Below are positions 8,006 to 19,002 of a DNA stretch of 64,000 nucleotides, in pieces; positions within the stretch are counted from its first letter, which is position 1; every line of letters begins with the position of its first letter. The position numbers and the translations under genes are program-made. The notes below the pieces were generated by a model. That model worked only from the letters and a program-made list of their open reading frames with translations, was not told where the DNA came from and did not search any database. Source of the DNA: an uncultured bacterium (lineage in GTDB: Bacteria; Chlamydiota; Chlamydiia; Chlamydiales; CAZBXE01); NCBI GenBank assembly GCA_964496125.1, contig CAZBXE010000001.1, forward strand, positions 35,486 through 99,485, written 5' to 3'.

Positions 8006-10744
8006 ATGAACGACAATAAACAAGAATTCGGCAAGGGTTTTTCTAATTCCTTTATTCTCATTTTGCTTGCGATATCCCTTCTCGCAGTGGTAGCGCAGAG
8101 CGTTTTTGAATCCAATAACGCCCACGTCTCCTTTAGCTACCAGCTTGAACATCTTGTAAACTTACGTCTTATCCAGCCTGAAGATAGTAGAAAAACGGCT
8201 TTAAATGAGAATCTTGTTTCCTTTAGTGGCAAGTTTCTTGAGAAGCAAAGTGACGAGAGTAAAAATCGATATAAGTACCTGGAACTTTTAAATACCAATC
8301 ATGAGCTTACAGCTGATAGAGACCGTCTGGTAGCAGGTTTTCCTGCTCTGAAAGACAAGGTTGCGGATGCTGCTGAGTGGTTTCTACAGCTCAGCGGTAC
8401 TCCCATGCCATCGGGGGGGTACACGGTGATTGAGGACTTTACCGGTCTAGATCCTGACCTTAGCATTGTGATCCGGGAGGGGGTAAAAAAAGAGATAGCA
8501 TCGCTGCCTGCCGTGGAAAGAGGGCTCACTTCTTTGGATAGCATCAATAACTCGAAAGCTATTCTTACTCTAGGCGGGCAGATTTCCGATGTAATTCACA
8601 ACTTCCGCTCTCCTATTCTGGGAATTGGAAGTGAGAGCATCAAGCAAAAATTAAGGGAAATGGACCAGGAGCTTACAAGCGCACTGCGCCCTCAGGTTGC
8701 TGATGCGGCTCGTGTTGATCTTTATCGCAAACTCGTTTCAGGACTTAAAGCTATCGTCTCCGAATTGAACCAATTTGAAGACCATATGCGTCTTTCTGCT
8801 CTTCGTTCTGTTCGTAATTATAAGGAAGCACTTCAAGAGTATAGCTTGCTGACGACAAAAATGGCGGATAAACAAGAAGAGCTGAATAAGGCAAGAGTGT
8901 CTGTTGCACATGTGATCTGGTACTTCAATAACCAAGAACTCTCTACAAAAGCACTCGAGCGTCAGGACGTAGAAGCGTATAGTCAGTGGTTTAATAAGGC
9001 AAAAGCTGAGTGGGAAGCGTTTCCGGAGAATAGGGGGTCTGCTTTCAGAGCGCCTGACCAGCCTTTGAATACTGTTCTCGAGAAAACTTTTAAGAGCGAA
9101 AAGCCAGCACCCAATTACTATAGTTACCTCTTTACTCTCGGGCCTGCATTTTTGATTGTGCTCTTCCTCTACTACTTATTTACAAGGCAGATGAAAGGAA
9201 TTGGATCGGGTGCCATGAATTTTGGCAAGTCACCTGCCCGTATGCTCACAAAGGGGCAGCATAAGGTTACCTTTAAGGATGTGGCTGGCATTGATGAGGT
9301 GATCGAAGAACTCGAAGAGATTGTAGAGTTTTTGAGAAGCCCCCAAAAATTTACAGCTCTGGGGGGACATATTCCTAAGGGTGTGCTTTTGATTGGTCCT
9401 CCGGGGACAGGGAAAACGCTCACTGCAAAAGCAGTGTCGGGCGAAGCTGACCGTCCCTTCTATTCGATTTCCGGCTCTGATTTTGTCGAAATGTTTGTAG
9501 GCGTTGGCGCAAGCCGCATCCGAGACCTATTTGACCAGGCTAAAAAAAATGCTCCTTGTATCATCTTTATGGATGAAATTGATGCGGTAGGTCGTCATAG
9601 GGGCGCAGGCCTTGGTGGGGGGCATGATGAAAGAGAGCAGACGCTAAACCAGCTCCTCGTGGAAATGGACGGCTTCGATTCTAACGAAGGTGTAATTTTG
9701 ATGGCAGCAACCAATAGACCAGACGTCTTAGATAAAGCCCTTCTACGTCCCGGTCGTTTTGATCGTCGCATTATGATTTCTCTGCCTGACATTAAGGGGC
9801 GCTATGAAATCTTAAAGGTGCATGCTAAGAAGATCAAAATGGACACATCTGTCGATCTTATGGCGGTGGCAAGAGCTACCCCTGGCTCTTCTGGGGCGGA
9901 TCTGATGAACCTTTTGAATGAAGCGGCTCTTGCTGCGGCTCGTAAAAACCGAATGGCTGTGACGATGCAAGAGATCACTGAGGCAAGAGATAAGGTTCTT
10001 TATGGAAAGGAAAGAAGAAGTCTAGAGCTCGATGAGAATGAAAAGCGCACCACAGCCTACCATGAATCGGGACATACGATTGTAGGGATTTGCACAACGC
10101 ACGCGGACCCTGTGGACAAGGTTACGATCATACCGAGAGGCTTTTCACTGGGCGCTACGCAATTTCTGCCTAAGAAGAATCGCCTCAGCTACTGGAGAAA
10201 TGAACTTCTTGACCAATTAGCCGTCTTGATGGGAGGTCGCTGTGCAGAAGAGGTTTTTGTCGGCGATATTTCGAGTGGTGCTAAGCAAGATATCGAACAT
10301 GCCACGAATCTTGCCCGTAGTATGATTTGTGAGTGGGGGATGAGTGATAAACTTGGTGCTGTTGCCTACGAAGATAAAGGGGAAGGTGCTGGTGGCTATA
10401 TGAGTGGCTACCATGAGAAGAAGTACTCTGAAAAAACAGCAGAAGAGATCGATCAAGAAGTCAAGAGACTTCTCAATGAAGCCAATGAGCGCGCGCTTAA
10501 GATCATTAAAGATCACTACTCTCAGGTAAAGCTACTTGCCGATATGTTGATGGAGTTTGAGACTCTCGATAGCACTGACATCAAGGAAATCCTTGAAGAC
10601 AGGTGGCAAATCGAAGAGAAGCGCAAACGGCTTAAGACAGCCGATGAGCTGCACAAGAAAGAGCCTGCGAGGATGCCCCCCCCTCCTCCGCAAGAGGAGC
10701 CGCTAAGCCGCGAGACAATCCGACCCTCGGAAGCCTCTGCGTAG
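8006..10744 (+). CDS. ftsH: ATP-dependent zinc metalloprotease FtsH with long chlamydial-type periplasmic region
   Basis: GPPGTGKT Walker [11 protein letters not shown]alker [28 protein letters not shown] zinc motif; ATG 8006 follows GAGG. Confidence 0.97.
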   Translation: MNDNKQEFGKGFSNSFILILLAISLLAVVAQSVFESNNAHVSFSYQLEHLVNLRLIQPEDSRKTALNENLVSFSGKFLEKQSDESKNRYKYLELLNTNHELTADRDRLVAGFPALKDKVADAAEWFLQLSGTPMPSGGYTVIEDFTGLDPDLSIVIREGVKKEIASLPAVERGLTSLDSINNSKAILTLGGQISDVIHNFRSPILGIGSESIKQKLREMDQELTSALRPQVADAARVDLYRKLVSGLKAIVSELNQFEDHMRLSALRSVRNYKEALQEYSLLTTKMADKQEELNKARVSVAHVIWYFNNQELSTKALERQDVEAYSQWFNKAKAEWEAFPENRGSAFRAPDQPLNTVLEKTFKSEKPAPNYYSYLFTLGPAFLIVLFLYYLFTRQMKGIGSGAMNFGKSPARMLTKGQHKVTFKDVAGIDEVIEELEEIVEFLRSPQKFTALGGHIPKGVLLIGPPGTGKTLTAKAVSGEADRPFYSISGSDFVEMFVGVGASRIRDLFDQAKKNAPCIIFMDEIDAVGRHRGAGLGGGHDEREQTLNQLLVEMDGFDSNEGVILMAATNRPDVLDKALLRPGRFDRRIMISLPDIKGRYEILKVHAKKIKMDTSVDLMAVARATPGSSGADLMNLLNEAALAAARKNRMAVTMQEITEARDKVLYGKERRSLELDENEKRTTAYHESGHTIVGICTTHADPVDKVTIIPRGFSLGATQFLPKKNRLSYWRNELLDQLAVLMGGRCAEEVFVGDISSGAKQDIEHATNLARSMICEWGMSDKLGAVAYEDKGEGAGGYMSGYHEKKYSEKTAEEIDQEVKRLLNEANERALKIIKDHYSQVKLLADMLMEFETLDSTDIKEILEDRWQIEEKRKRLKTADELHKKEPARMPPPPPQEEPLSRETIRPSEASA

Positions 10745-10893
10745 AACAGGGTGTCACACTATTCTTAAATGCTGGGAGAGCGACCAGTTTCTTTAAGGAT
10801 AAGAGTAGTTTTATTTACAGGGAGAAGTATCATGAAGGTAATTCTGCCATAAGTAACGATCAACCCAAGCTTCGAGAGGAGATAAGCTCTGAC

Positions 10894-11358
10894 TTAAAAT
10901 ATATTTATGCTTTGCAAGAGAAACAAGGTTTTCAATGTTTTTGCATTGACCGAAGGAGGGCTTTCTGGACAAACTTCTTCTACAACAGGAATTAAGGGCA
11001 AGTTAGGTTGCCACACTTTAACCCATTCAGATTTGGCTGAGATGAAAATTTGGTAGTCCCTACAATCTTGGCGCAGTTTTACAAGAGCTTTTCTTAGAAG
11101 TAGCTCGTTGTCGACTCCACAGAAATCAATAATAACTGTGATGTGTTTCGTCTCATACTCAGACCTGATGTAAACATCGATTTCATTCCTCTTATCCATC
11201 TTCGTGCTCTGATAATAAGGAACAACCCTTGGGTTTGAGTAAGTTACACTCTTTGCTTCTTTTCCTAAAGCTATGTTAGTAGATTTTGGATTGATCGTTA
11301 TAAGAAAAGTTTTGATTCCTGGCAACGGATCGGGGCTTGTCGTTCTTAAGCTTTGCAC
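10894..11358 (-). CDS. hypothetical protein
   Basis: 154-aa ORF between ftsH and the pnp terminator, AGG upstream; no motif recognised. Confidence 0.55.
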   Translation of the reverse strand: MQSLRTTSPDPLPGIKTFLITINPKSTNIALGKEAKSVTYSNPRVVPYYQSTKMDKRNEIDVYIRSEYETKHITVIIDFCGVDNELLLRKALVKLRQDCRDYQIFISAKSEWVKVWQPNLPLIPVVEEVCPESPPSVNAKTLKTLFLLQSINIF

Positions 11359-11386
11359 AATGTTCCTTTCGATTAGGATAAACAGC

Positions 11387-11411
11387 CCCTGCTCGTTATA
11401 AACGAGCAGGG
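11387..11411 (-). terminator. probable intrinsic terminator after pnp
   Basis: Perfect 11-bp stem CCCTGCTCGTT-ata-AACGAGCAGGG ending 9 nt past the pnp stop; weak U-tail. Confidence 0.6.
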
Positions 11412-11420
11412 AATGCGAAT

Positions 11421-13544
11421 TTATTGTTTATGAGTAGGTTCAGGCTTGGATAGCAATGCCTTGCGACTTAGCTTGATCTGCCCTCTTTCGTTGATATCGA
11501 GCACTTTTACGCTAATGACATCACCTACTTTTGTGAATTCATTCAGGTTTTCGATGCGCTCGTATGCAAATTCAGAGATATGACAGAGCCCCTCTTTTCC
11601 TGGCAGGATTTCGATGAAGGCACCGAAAGCCACGATGGAAACAACCTTTCCTTTGTAGGTACTTCCAATTTCTATCTCGGCAATCAGGCCGCTAATGATA
11701 GCCTTGGCTTGCTCGATACTTTCTAGGTTAGGGGAAGAGAGGGAAACAATGCCATCGTCGTTGATGTCAATTTCAACGCCTGTCTCTTCAATGATTTGTC
11801 TGATCTGCTTGCCTCCGGGGCCAATGATGGTGCCAATCTTACTTGGTTTGACGCGGATCACTTCGATACGAGGGGCATATGTAGACATTTCTTTACGGGA
11901 TTCGGGACAGATGCCGACCATAATATCAAGTATATGCGCGATGCCGCGTTTTGCTTGGGCAATCGCTTTTTTCATGATCTCGATCGTGATGCCTTCTACT
12001 TTGATGTCCATTTGGAAAGCAGTTATGCCGTTCTTGTCGCCTGTGACCTTAAAGTCCATGTCGCCAAGCGCGTCTTCGACACCGAGGATGTCCGAGAGGA
12101 TGACGGAATTTTCCCCTTCGAGAATAAGGCCCATGGCAATACCAGCTACTGGGCGCTTAATGGGCACCCCTGCATCCATCATCGCAAGGCAGCCGCCGCA
12201 GACTGAAGCCATGGAGGAGGAGCCGTTCGATTCAGTAATGTTGGATTCGACACGGATTGTGTAGGGAAATTCTTCTGGCGAAGGGAGTGCGGCTTGTAGA
12301 GCTCGCTCAGCAAGCTTCCCATGACCTACTTCTCGTCTTCCCGGTGCTCCGACTCTTCCTACTTCGCCTACAGAGAAGGGAGGGAAGAAGTACTGCAAGT
12401 AGAAGCGCTGTGTTCCTTCACCGTGGAGATCTTCGTATCGCTGGGCCATGGTTTGACCACCCAGGGTACATACGGCAAGTGTCTGGGTTTCGCCTCTTGT
12501 AAAGAGGGAGCTTCCGTGTGTTCTTGGTAAAAAGCTCTGTTCGATGGTGATGTTTCGAATTTCATCCGTCTTTCTGCCATCGCATCGAATGTTTTTCTCA
12601 AGGACCATCGCTCTCATCACGTCGGATGAAATTTCCTTGAGTGCATTCTTGATGTCTGTGGGAGAGAATTTTGCTTCAGCTGCGTTTTCAGGGATGAACA
12701 TTGCGAGAATTTGTTCGTGAGCGGTTGCTTGGGCCTTTTCTCTTTGTTGCTTGTCGGTGATGGCAAGAGCGCTTCTCAGTAGAGGAACTGCTTTTTGAGA
12801 GACGGCCTGGAGGACATCTTTGGGAATGGGCTTAAGCGTAGATCTATTTTTTTGTTTACCCACCTTTTTCTGCCAGTTGCTAAGTGCATGGCAGATCTTA
12901 GCGATCGCTTCATGACCTGCGGCAACAGCAGCAAGCATCTCATCATCAGAGAGGAAATCACCATACCCTTCAATCATAAGAACCGCATCTTCCGTTCCTG
13001 CGATCATGAGGTCAAGCTTAGATGTCTCCATTGCCTCGTGGGATGGGTTGATGACAAGAGAGCCGTTGACAAGACCCACTCTTACGGCTGCGATGGGCTT
13101 AATGAGGGGGATGTCGGAGATGACAAGAGCGGCAGAGGCCGCGCAAATGGCAAGCGGTTCGGGTCCATGAACACCATCATACGACCACACGTAGGTTAAA
13201 ATTTGGATGTCGTGGAAGTACCCTTCTTCGATCATGGGACGGATAGGCCTGTCGATAAGACGACTTACAAGTGTCTCGCGTTCTGTGGGTCTTCCTTCGC
13301 GCTTGAAAAACCCCCCAACTGTTTTTCCTGCGGAAGAAAACTTTTCTTGGTAGTCGATTCGAAGAGGAAGAAAGTCTGTGTTTTCTAAGGGATCTTTTGT
13401 AGCGCAGGCTGTAGCAAAAACGACCGTTTCACCAGCTTTTGCAATGACAGCACCCCCGGCTTGTCTAGCGACTTGTCCTGTTTCGAAGGAAATTTCTTGG
13501 TTTCCTACGATAACAGTAATTTTTTCTTTGTTTTTTTGATGCAT
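11421..13544 (-). CDS. pnp: polyribonucleotide nucleotidyltransferase (PNPase)
   Basis: Two RNase PH domains (RLIDRPIRP; RTHGSSLFTRGETQ; ESNGSSSMAS), KH (IGPGGKQIR) and S1 domains; ATG 13544 after AGGAG. Confidence 0.97.
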   Translation of the reverse strand: MHQKNKEKITVIVGNQEISFETGQVARQAGGAVIAKAGETVVFATACATKDPLENTDFLPLRIDYQEKFSSAGKTVGGFFKREGRPTERETLVSRLIDRPIRPMIEEGYFHDIQILTYVWSYDGVHGPEPLAICAASAALVISDIPLIKPIAAVRVGLVNGSLVINPSHEAMETSKLDLMIAGTEDAVLMIEGYGDFLSDDEMLAAVAAGHEAIAKICHALSNWQKKVGKQKNRSTLKPIPKDVLQAVSQKAVPLLRSALAITDKQQREKAQATAHEQILAMFIPENAAEAKFSPTDIKNALKEISSDVMRAMVLEKNIRCDGRKTDEIRNITIEQSFLPRTHGSSLFTRGETQTLAVCTLGGQTMAQRYEDLHGEGTQRFYLQYFFPPFSVGEVGRVGAPGRREVGHGKLAERALQAALPSPEEFPYTIRVESNITESNGSSSMASVCGGCLAMMDAGVPIKRPVAGIAMGLILEGENSVILSDILGVEDALGDMDFKVTGDKNGITAFQMDIKVEGITIEIMKKAIAQAKRGIAHILDIMVGICPESRKEMSTYAPRIEVIRVKPSKIGTIIGPGGKQIRQIIEETGVEIDINDDGIVSLSSPNLESIEQAKAIISGLIAEIEIGSTYKGKVVSIVAFGAFIEILPGKEGLCHISEFAYERIENLNEFTKVGDVISVKVLDINERGQIKLSRKALLSKPEPTHKQ

Positions 13545-13570
13545 GAGTATTCTCCTAAAAATTTGCCAAC

Positions 13571-13598
13571 AGTATAACACGCTCTCAATTCTCTGCAA
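13571..13598 (-). promoter_or_regulatory. sigma66-type promoter of pnp
   Basis: TTGCAG-16-TATACT with TG extension. Confidence 0.55.
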
Positions 13599-13723
13599 GA
13601 TGAATTAAGGCGTCCGTTGTGAATTCGCTCTTGTGTTTTGGCATCGGGGAAAGAATACAGAAAGCGTATCTTAATTTTCATTCAGATAAAGTTTCTGTCT
13701 TCTTGAAAAACATCCCTGTTACC

Positions 13724-13782
13724 AAAAAAAAGGGGCGGCCTTAAAAAGGTCCGGATTACCCCGAACCTTTTTAAGGCCGCCC
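13724..13782 (-). terminator. intrinsic terminator after rpsO
   Basis: 22-bp stem (13733-13754/13761-13782, one G-U pair on the minus transcript), 6-nt loop, followed by a run of U. Confidence 0.8.
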
Positions 13783-13789
13783 TTCAGTG

Positions 13790-14059
13790 TTATCTTCGAA
13801 TTCCTAGTTTTTCAATTACTTTCTGATATCTTGTGGTATCAGTTGAATTTAGGTAATCCAATAACCGTCTCCTCTGACCAACTAACTTAAGCATGGCTAG
13901 GCGAGACGCGTGATCCTTCGGATTGCGCTTCAAGTGCTCATTCAACTCCGCGATTCTCTCTGTGAGAATAGCGATCTGGACATCTGCGGATCCAGTATCT
14001 TTTTCGTGGAGCTGAAACTTTTTTGTGATTTCTTCTTTTGTACCTTTATCCAGCGACAT
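13790..14059 (-). CDS. rpsO: 30S ribosomal protein S15
   Basis: [31 protein letters not shown]. Confidence 0.98.
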   Translation of the reverse strand: MSLDKGTKEEITKKFQLHEKDTGSADVQIAILTERIAELNEHLKRNPKDHASRLAMLKLVGQRRRLLDYLNSTDTTRYQKVIEKLGIRR

Positions 14060-14113
14060 CTAAAAATTCTTCCTTGATCGTATGGTTTAGGGCTAATTGG
14101 ATATTCAGATAGG

Positions 14114-14142
14114 AGTTTATCACACTTCCTTATTAATATCAA
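14114..14142 (-). promoter_or_regulatory. sigma66-type promoter of rpsO
   Basis: TTGATA-17-TAAACT with TG extension. Confidence 0.55.
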
Positions 14143-14205
14143 GCCTTATGGGCAAACAATCTAAAATCTTGATTATGCCTCCTGGCAGGGCCGATGGGGG
14201 AGAGC

Positions 14206-14457
14206 TTATAGCTTCGTATCTAAAAGAACTTCCACTTGTGGTGCGAACTTGCCCGTTGGATCTTGTCGTAAAATAACTTTAAACGGAATTTTTATGACAC
14301 CCTGGTGTCTTAGGTTTGTCAGCTCTTGCCAAATATCCTTTTTTAGCTGGTCGTTGACCTCTCGTTTTCTATACTTGGCCAAGACCTCTAGGATTTTCTC
14401 TTGCTCCCCTGTTGCAAAGATGTGTTCCCCGTAAAAAGGGTGGTCTTTGTGACTCAT
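14206..14457 (-). CDS. small hypothetical protein
   Basis: 83 aa, SD GAGGG, own promoter candidate TTGAAC-16-TATACT at 14509-14482. Confidence 0.7.
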   Translation of the reverse strand: MSHKDHPFYGEHIFATGEQEKILEVLAKYRKREVNDQLKKDIWQELTNLRHQGVIKIPFKVILRQDPTGKFAPQVEVLLDTKL

Positions 14458-14525
14458 CTATTCCCTCAAATTCTTGAATACAGTATACATGAGGTTCTTT
14501 TTTGTTCAAGTTGGAGGAAAAGAGA

Positions 14526-15005
14526 ATGGAAGAAGTCGCGTATAGAGAGAAGATGATCGGTTTAGCCCCTTGGATGGGCGTGTTGCTTGGGTCAATTAAA
14601 GGGGATATGAAGAGCGCGCACCTGCTTAAAGACGTCAAGTTTGCGAGGAAATATTTTCCTACAAAAGACATTAAGCGTATTCCTTTGGTCGAACTGACCG
14701 AAGGTTATAAGAAAGCGCTCGTGCAGGAGGAGCCTCAGGTGGCGGAAAAAATCGCAGCCTTTATGGTACAAGCGTGGCTGACCCAAGAGCAAGGTGTGTA
14801 TAAATATTTTGAAAAAGAGCTGAGCAAGATCACGGCCCATTTCGATCAGTTAAAGGAAATTGATGAGGAGAAGGCAAGGGAGATCATGGATGGCTCGATT
14901 GATAAGTTTCGCGCCGAAAAGACCTACCTTTTTGTTATTTTGAACGAGGTTGTACACCCACCTGAGGTGATTGCCGAGCTCAAGGAGATCGCACTCGGAT
15001 TATGA
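14526..15005 (+). CDS. hypothetical protein
   Basis: ATG 14526 follows GGAGG by 8 nt; stop overlaps the tadA start. Confidence 0.75.
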   Translation: MEEVAYREKMIGLAPWMGVLLGSIKGDMKSAHLLKDVKFARKYFPTKDIKRIPLVELTEGYKKALVQEEPQVAEKIAAFMVQAWLTQEQGVYKYFEKELSKITAHFDQLKEIDEEKAREIMDGSIDKFRAEKTYLFVILNEVVHPPEVIAELKEIALGL

Positions 15006-15493
15006 CAGAAGCGCAAGATGACATGCGTTTCATGCAAGAAGCGCTAAAAGAGGCGAGAAAGGCGTTTGCCATGGACGAAGTTCCTGTCGGGGCTGTGCTT
15101 GTCCATCGTGGCCGTGTGATTGCGCGGGGGCACAATCAGGTAGAGACCCTGCAGGATGCAACCGCTCATGCAGAGATGATCTGCATTACTGCAGGGGAGA
15201 ATGCCTTGCAGAACTGGAGGCTATTAGACACAACGCTCTACTGCACGATCGAACCCTGCACAATGTGCGCGGGCGCGATGCTTCTTTCGCGTGTGGGTAG
15301 GCTTGTCTACGGTGCCCCGGATATAAGACATGGGGCTGCGGGTAGTTTTGTCGATATCTTTGCAGCAAAGCACCCGACACACACTCTTGCTATTGAACGA
15401 GGTATAATGAAGGAAGAGTGTGCCTCCATCCTACAAGAATTTTTTCGAAAAAGGCGTAAAAGCGATGAAAAGCTTGGACTTTCAGAGGGTTGA
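15002..15493 (+). CDS. tadA: tRNA adenosine(34) deaminase
   Basis: EVPVGAV, AHAEM, TIEPCTMC zinc motifs. Confidence 0.93.
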   Translation: MTEAQDDMRFMQEALKEARKAFAMDEVPVGAVLVHRGRVIARGHNQVETLQDATAHAEMICITAGENALQNWRLLDTTLYCTIEPCTMCAGAMLLSRVGRLVYGAPDIRHGAAGSFVDIFAAKHPTHTLAIERGIMKEECASILQEFFRKRRKSDEKLGLSEG

Positions 15494-15704
15494 GGCTCTC
15501 TTGCAGGAGATGATTGCTCAGCAAAAGGAGTCTCTGCTTGTCTGCGGACAGAGAGTTATTCCTAATTTAACAACCGACGACATGTTACAGCCCAACGATT
15601 ATCAAGAACTTGAAGAGAACCCTCATTTTCGTTACCAAGAGGGGATTTTAGCAGGGCTGCAGAGCGCACAAATCTCGCTGCTTGCTCTTTACCGTGAGGA
15701 ATAG
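15465..15704 (+). CDS. small hypothetical protein (positionally like C. trachomatis CT845)
   Basis: 79 aa from ATG 15465, overlaps the tadA 3' end; assignment by synteny only. Confidence 0.7.
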   Translation: MKSLDFQRVEALLQEMIAQQKESLLVCGQRVIPNLTTDDMLQPNDYQELEENPHFRYQEGILAGLQSAQISLLALYREE

Positions 15705-16538
15705 CTATTTCCTCTTGCGGGAGGAGATTTTGGAAAGGCGATTTCTCTCTTGAGGCGTAAGCGAGGCTTCACCAGACTTTGAGATTTTTTCAAGCATTTG
15801 ATCCACAAATGCATCTTCGTTTACAATAGGCGCTCTTGTTCGTATGTCGTAAATCTTGGCTCGAGGTGGTCTCTCGTCCGTTTTTGTCCTGCGCCCAAAG
15901 CGAAAGGAGCCATAAAGGTAGCCGCAAAGAGCACCTGCCATTTTATTCGATAGACCCACATAGTCTAACTGCGAGAAAGATGTCAGAACGGTGACACCAA
16001 TAAGGGTCAAGAAGATCCATTTTGCCTTCAGTCTGACCGTGAAAAGAAAGAGCACTTCCATTTCAGGGTAAAGCAGGGCCCAGAGGGAGATTAAGGCAAA
16101 AATTGAGGATTCAGGACCGGAGAGTATCTGTGGAGTGTGCGTGATGGCCATCACAGCTGTAGCCAGGAGGCCAGAGCCAATGCCTGAGAGAAAGTAAAGC
16201 CCCAGAAATGCTCGCTGCCCTAAAGCGGAGAGCAACACGCTCCCAAGAGACCAGATGATGACTCCAAAGAAGAGCAGAGAGAGAAAGAAGGCAGAGTTGA
16301 GACCGCCATAGGGCTGTAGGACAAAGAGGTAGCTGAAAGGTTGCCAGAAGTAAAGATGAGAGACCCCGTGAAGGGATAGGCTAAAAAATTCTTGAAAACC
16401 GCCAACGCCGAAGAGGTGAGTGAAAGCGGAATCATACAGCGCACCGAAGATGGAAATACAAGCAAGAGATCCCAGAAGAAGAACGATTGTCTTCTGGGTA
16501 ATGCTAGGGCCGCTCGTAAATTCTACTGTTTCTCTCAC
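15705..16538 (-). CDS. rhomboid-family membrane protein, catalytic dyad apparently lost; C-terminal soluble tail
   Basis: 6-TM pattern, FWQPFSYLF, FLGLYFLSGIGSG; GPE where GxS is expected; no TM6 His; tail VDQMLEKISKSGEASLTPQER. Confidence 0.7.
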   Translation of the reverse strand: MRETVEFTSGPSITQKTIVLLLGSLACISIFGALYDSAFTHLFGVGGFQEFFSLSLHGVSHLYFWQPFSYLFVLQPYGGLNSAFFLSLLFFGVIIWSLGSVLLSALGQRAFLGLYFLSGIGSGLLATAVMAITHTPQILSGPESSIFALISLWALLYPEMEVLFLFTVRLKAKWIFLTLIGVTVLTSFSQLDYVGLSNKMAGALCGYLYGSFRFGRRTKTDERPPRAKIYDIRTRAPIVNEDAFVDQMLEKISKSGEASLTPQERNRLSKISSRKRK

Positions 16539-16544
16539 GCGAAT

Positions 16545-16572
16545 AAACTACTGCTTCTTTCTTTTTTTGCAA
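16545..16572 (-). promoter_or_regulatory. promoter candidate for the rhomboid-like gene (leaderless geometry)
   Basis: TTGCAA-16-TAGTTT-6 nt-GTG. Confidence 0.4.
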
Positions 16573-16606
16573 AGCCAAAAGACGGTTTTCTGAGCTGTTT
16601 TTTTTA

Positions 16607-16635
16607 TTGTGTTTTAAGGCACAACTCGTTACCAT
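16607..16635 (+). promoter_or_regulatory. promoter candidate for rpmE-prfA-prmC
   Basis: TTGTGT-17-TACCAT. Confidence 0.45.
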
Positions 16636-16665
16636 AATGATATTTTTGAAGCATGGGAGTTTAAA

Positions 16666-16998
16666 ATGAACCAAAAGGCAAAAGAGTCCAAGCCGGTGAA
16701 GCAAAAGACACAAGACACGAAAATCGAACTTAGAGAAGTGCTTTTCGTTGACTCCTCGACAGGAGTGAAGTTTGTTACACGTAGTACCCTGAAAACAGAC
16801 AAGAAAGAAACCTATAAAGGGGTTGAATACCCAGTATGCCATCTTTCTGTGTCCTCCTCCTCTCATCCCTTTTTTACAGGGAATACGCAGTTTGTTGACG
16901 CAGAAGGAAGGGTGGACAAGTTCCAGAAGAGATATCGCAAGGGTGCACCTGCTGAAAAAGTAGCAGAAGTTACGTCTCAGGACCAGAAGAAGAAATAA
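16666..16998 (+). CDS. rpmE: 50S ribosomal protein L31 type B (zinc-independent)
   Basis: [27 protein letters not shown]; no CxxC; N-terminus atypical (no HP motif). Confidence 0.93.
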   Translation: MNQKAKESKPVKQKTQDTKIELREVLFVDSSTGVKFVTRSTLKTDKKETYKGVEYPVCHLSVSSSSHPFFTGNTQFVDAEGRVDKFQKRYRKGAPAEKVAEVTSQDQKKK

Positions 16999-17022
16999 TT
17001 TCTCCCCCCATAGATTGAGTTC

Positions 17023-18093
17023 ATGAAAAAGAGAGTAGAAGGGCTTCTGAAACGACTCGGCGACGTTGAGGAAGCTCTCGGGTCTCAAGAAGTTTTTTCA
17101 GACCAAAAAAAGTATCGAGACCTAAGCCAGGAGCATTCCTATCTTTCTACTTTGCGAGAAGAATGGGAGAAGTGCCAGGCGTATCAAAAGCAGCTTGCGG
17201 ATAATGAGGATCTTTTGAAAAAAGAAGTAGATCCCGAATTCATCCAGATCTTGCAAGATGATGTTAATGAACTGAAAGGTAAGGCCGAGAGAAGTCTCCA
17301 AAAACTAGAGAATCTTCTTGTTCCCCCCAACCCCAAGGACAGCTGCAATACGATTCTAGAACTAAGAGCTGGTACGGGTGGAGAAGAAGCTGCTCTTTTT
17401 GTGGCTGACTGCGTACGTATGTATAAGCTCTTTGCTGACTCGCAGGGCTGGAGGTATGAGCAGCTTTCTTGTACTCCGTCCGATATGGGAGGGTTCAAGG
17501 AATACGTAATGGTATTTAGCGGCTCTAATGTCTACAGGTTTTTGCAGTATGAAGGAGGTACGCACCGCGTGCAAAGAGTCCCTGATACTGAGGCCCAGGG
17601 CCGGGTGCATACGTCTGCTGTTACTATAGCCGCCTTGCTCGAACCCGAAGAGGGGGAAGAGATCCTGATCGACGAAAAAGATTTGAAGATCGATACATAC
17701 AGGTCCTCAGGAGCCGGGGGCCAGCACGTGAACACGACAGATAGCGCTGTGCGCATAACGCATATTCCTTCAGGGATTGTTGTCGCTTGTCAAGAAGAGA
17801 GGAGTCAGCACAAAAACAAGGCAAAAGCACTCCGCATCTTGCAAGCCAAGCTCAATGAAGAAGAGATGATTAAGAAAGAAAAGGAGATGGCCTCAGACCG
17901 CGCTTCACAGGTCGGAAGTGGCGATCGTTCTGAGCGCATTCGCACCTACAATTTCCCACAAAATAGACTGACCGATCACAGGATCAATTTGACTCTCTAC
18001 AATTTGGATCGGATCATGAACGGCGCTATGTTGGATGTGATCGAAGCCCTTGTAGCCCATTTTCACAAGAAGAAGTTATCCGGGGAAACGTGA
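17023..18093 (+). CDS. prfA: peptide chain release factor 1
   Basis: [11 protein letters not shown], PxT tripeptide (PDT), [20 protein letters not shown]. Confidence 0.97.
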   Translation: MKKRVEGLLKRLGDVEEALGSQEVFSDQKKYRDLSQEHSYLSTLREEWEKCQAYQKQLADNEDLLKKEVDPEFIQILQDDVNELKGKAERSLQKLENLLVPPNPKDSCNTILELRAGTGGEEAALFVADCVRMYKLFADSQGWRYEQLSCTPSDMGGFKEYVMVFSGSNVYRFLQYEGGTHRVQRVPDTEAQGRVHTSAVTIAALLEPEEGEEILIDEKDLKIDTYRSSGAGGQHVNTTDSAVRITHIPSGIVVACQEERSQHKNKAKALRILQAKLNEEEMIKKEKEMASDRASQVGSGDRSERIRTYNFPQNRLTDHRINLTLYNLDRIMNGAMLDVIEALVAHFHKKKLSGET

Positions 18094-18938
18094 GAACGGT
18101 TAAGGACATCCTCCTGCTCTCCGCAGAACACTTGCAGAATAAAGGAGTAAAAAGCCCTCGTCTTGTAGCAGAGGAGCTCTTGGCTTCCGTGATGGGGATA
18201 AAGAGGCTTCAGGTCTACTTAGAATTTGAAAGACCCTTACAAGATGACGAAGTGGATCAATGTCGAAAAAAACTGCTCCGCCTTTCTAAAAAGGAGCCGC
18301 TCCAATATGTTCTTGAAGAGGTTGATTTTTTTGGTTGCACTCTCTATGTCAACCCATCTGTTTTGATCCCCCGCAATGAAACAGAGCAGCTTGTTGAAAA
18401 AGTGGCCCAAGAGCTTTCGAGAGCCCCCTTGCAAGGCAAAGTGCTCTTTGATCTCTGTGCGGGCTCTGGATGTGTAGGTATATCGCTTAAAAAGAAGTTT
18501 CCTCTCTTAAATGTTGTTTGTACCGATATTTCAAAAGACGCTCTTCTTGTCGCCAAGCGCAATGCCGAGAGAAATAGTGTCGAAGTTGAGTTTATAGAAG
18601 GCGATCTCTTCTCTCCTCTATCTGGCCGAAAGGCTGATTTTCTGGTCTCCAACCCCCCTTATGTGACAGAAGAAGAGTGGATGAACCTTGACCGAGAGGT
18701 AAAAGATTTTGAGCCAAGGCGGGCTCTTGTGGCAGGGCTTGAGGGAACAGAGATTTATAAAAAAATATCTATAGAGTCTCCTCGCTACCTAAACCCTGGC
18801 GCAAAAATATGGCTTGAAATAGGAGCTTCCCAGGGACAAAAGGTTAAAGAAATTTTTTCAGGGAAGCAGTGGAAAAGGCAAGCGCTTTCCCAAGATTATG
18901 CCGGGAGAGACCGCTTCTTTTTCCTTGAGTTTGAATGA
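18090..18938 (+). CDS. prmC: release factor glutamine methyltransferase
   Basis: [30 protein letters not shown]-type overlap with prfA. Confidence 0.95.
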   Translation: MRTVKDILLLSAEHLQNKGVKSPRLVAEELLASVMGIKRLQVYLEFERPLQDDEVDQCRKKLLRLSKKEPLQYVLEEVDFFGCTLYVNPSVLIPRNETEQLVEKVAQELSRAPLQGKVLFDLCAGSGCVGISLKKKFPLLNVVCTDISKDALLVAKRNAERNSVEVEFIEGDLFSPLSGRKADFLVSNPPYVTEEEWMNLDREVKDFEPRRALVAGLEGTEIYKKISIESPRYLNPGAKIWLEIGASQGQKVKEIFSGKQWKRQALSQDYAGRDRFFFLEFE

Positions 18939-18953
18939 TTTTTTTTGTATTAT
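18925..18953 (+). promoter_or_regulatory. promoter candidate for the ffh operon
   Basis: TTGAGT-17-TATTAT. Confidence 0.45.
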
Positions 18954-19002
18954 ATACCACAACATGATTTCTTTAATACAACGATAGGTTTCCCGGTACG
19001 AA

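Noticed and set aside
10811-10985. Frameshift extension of ORF 10894..11358 into a protein-like alternative frame (...ENLVSLAKHKYILSQSLSPLEAWVDRYLWQ...)
   Set aside because: Only an A5 run at the possible shift point, no canonical slippery heptamer and no independent start; cannot be supported without homologs or reads.
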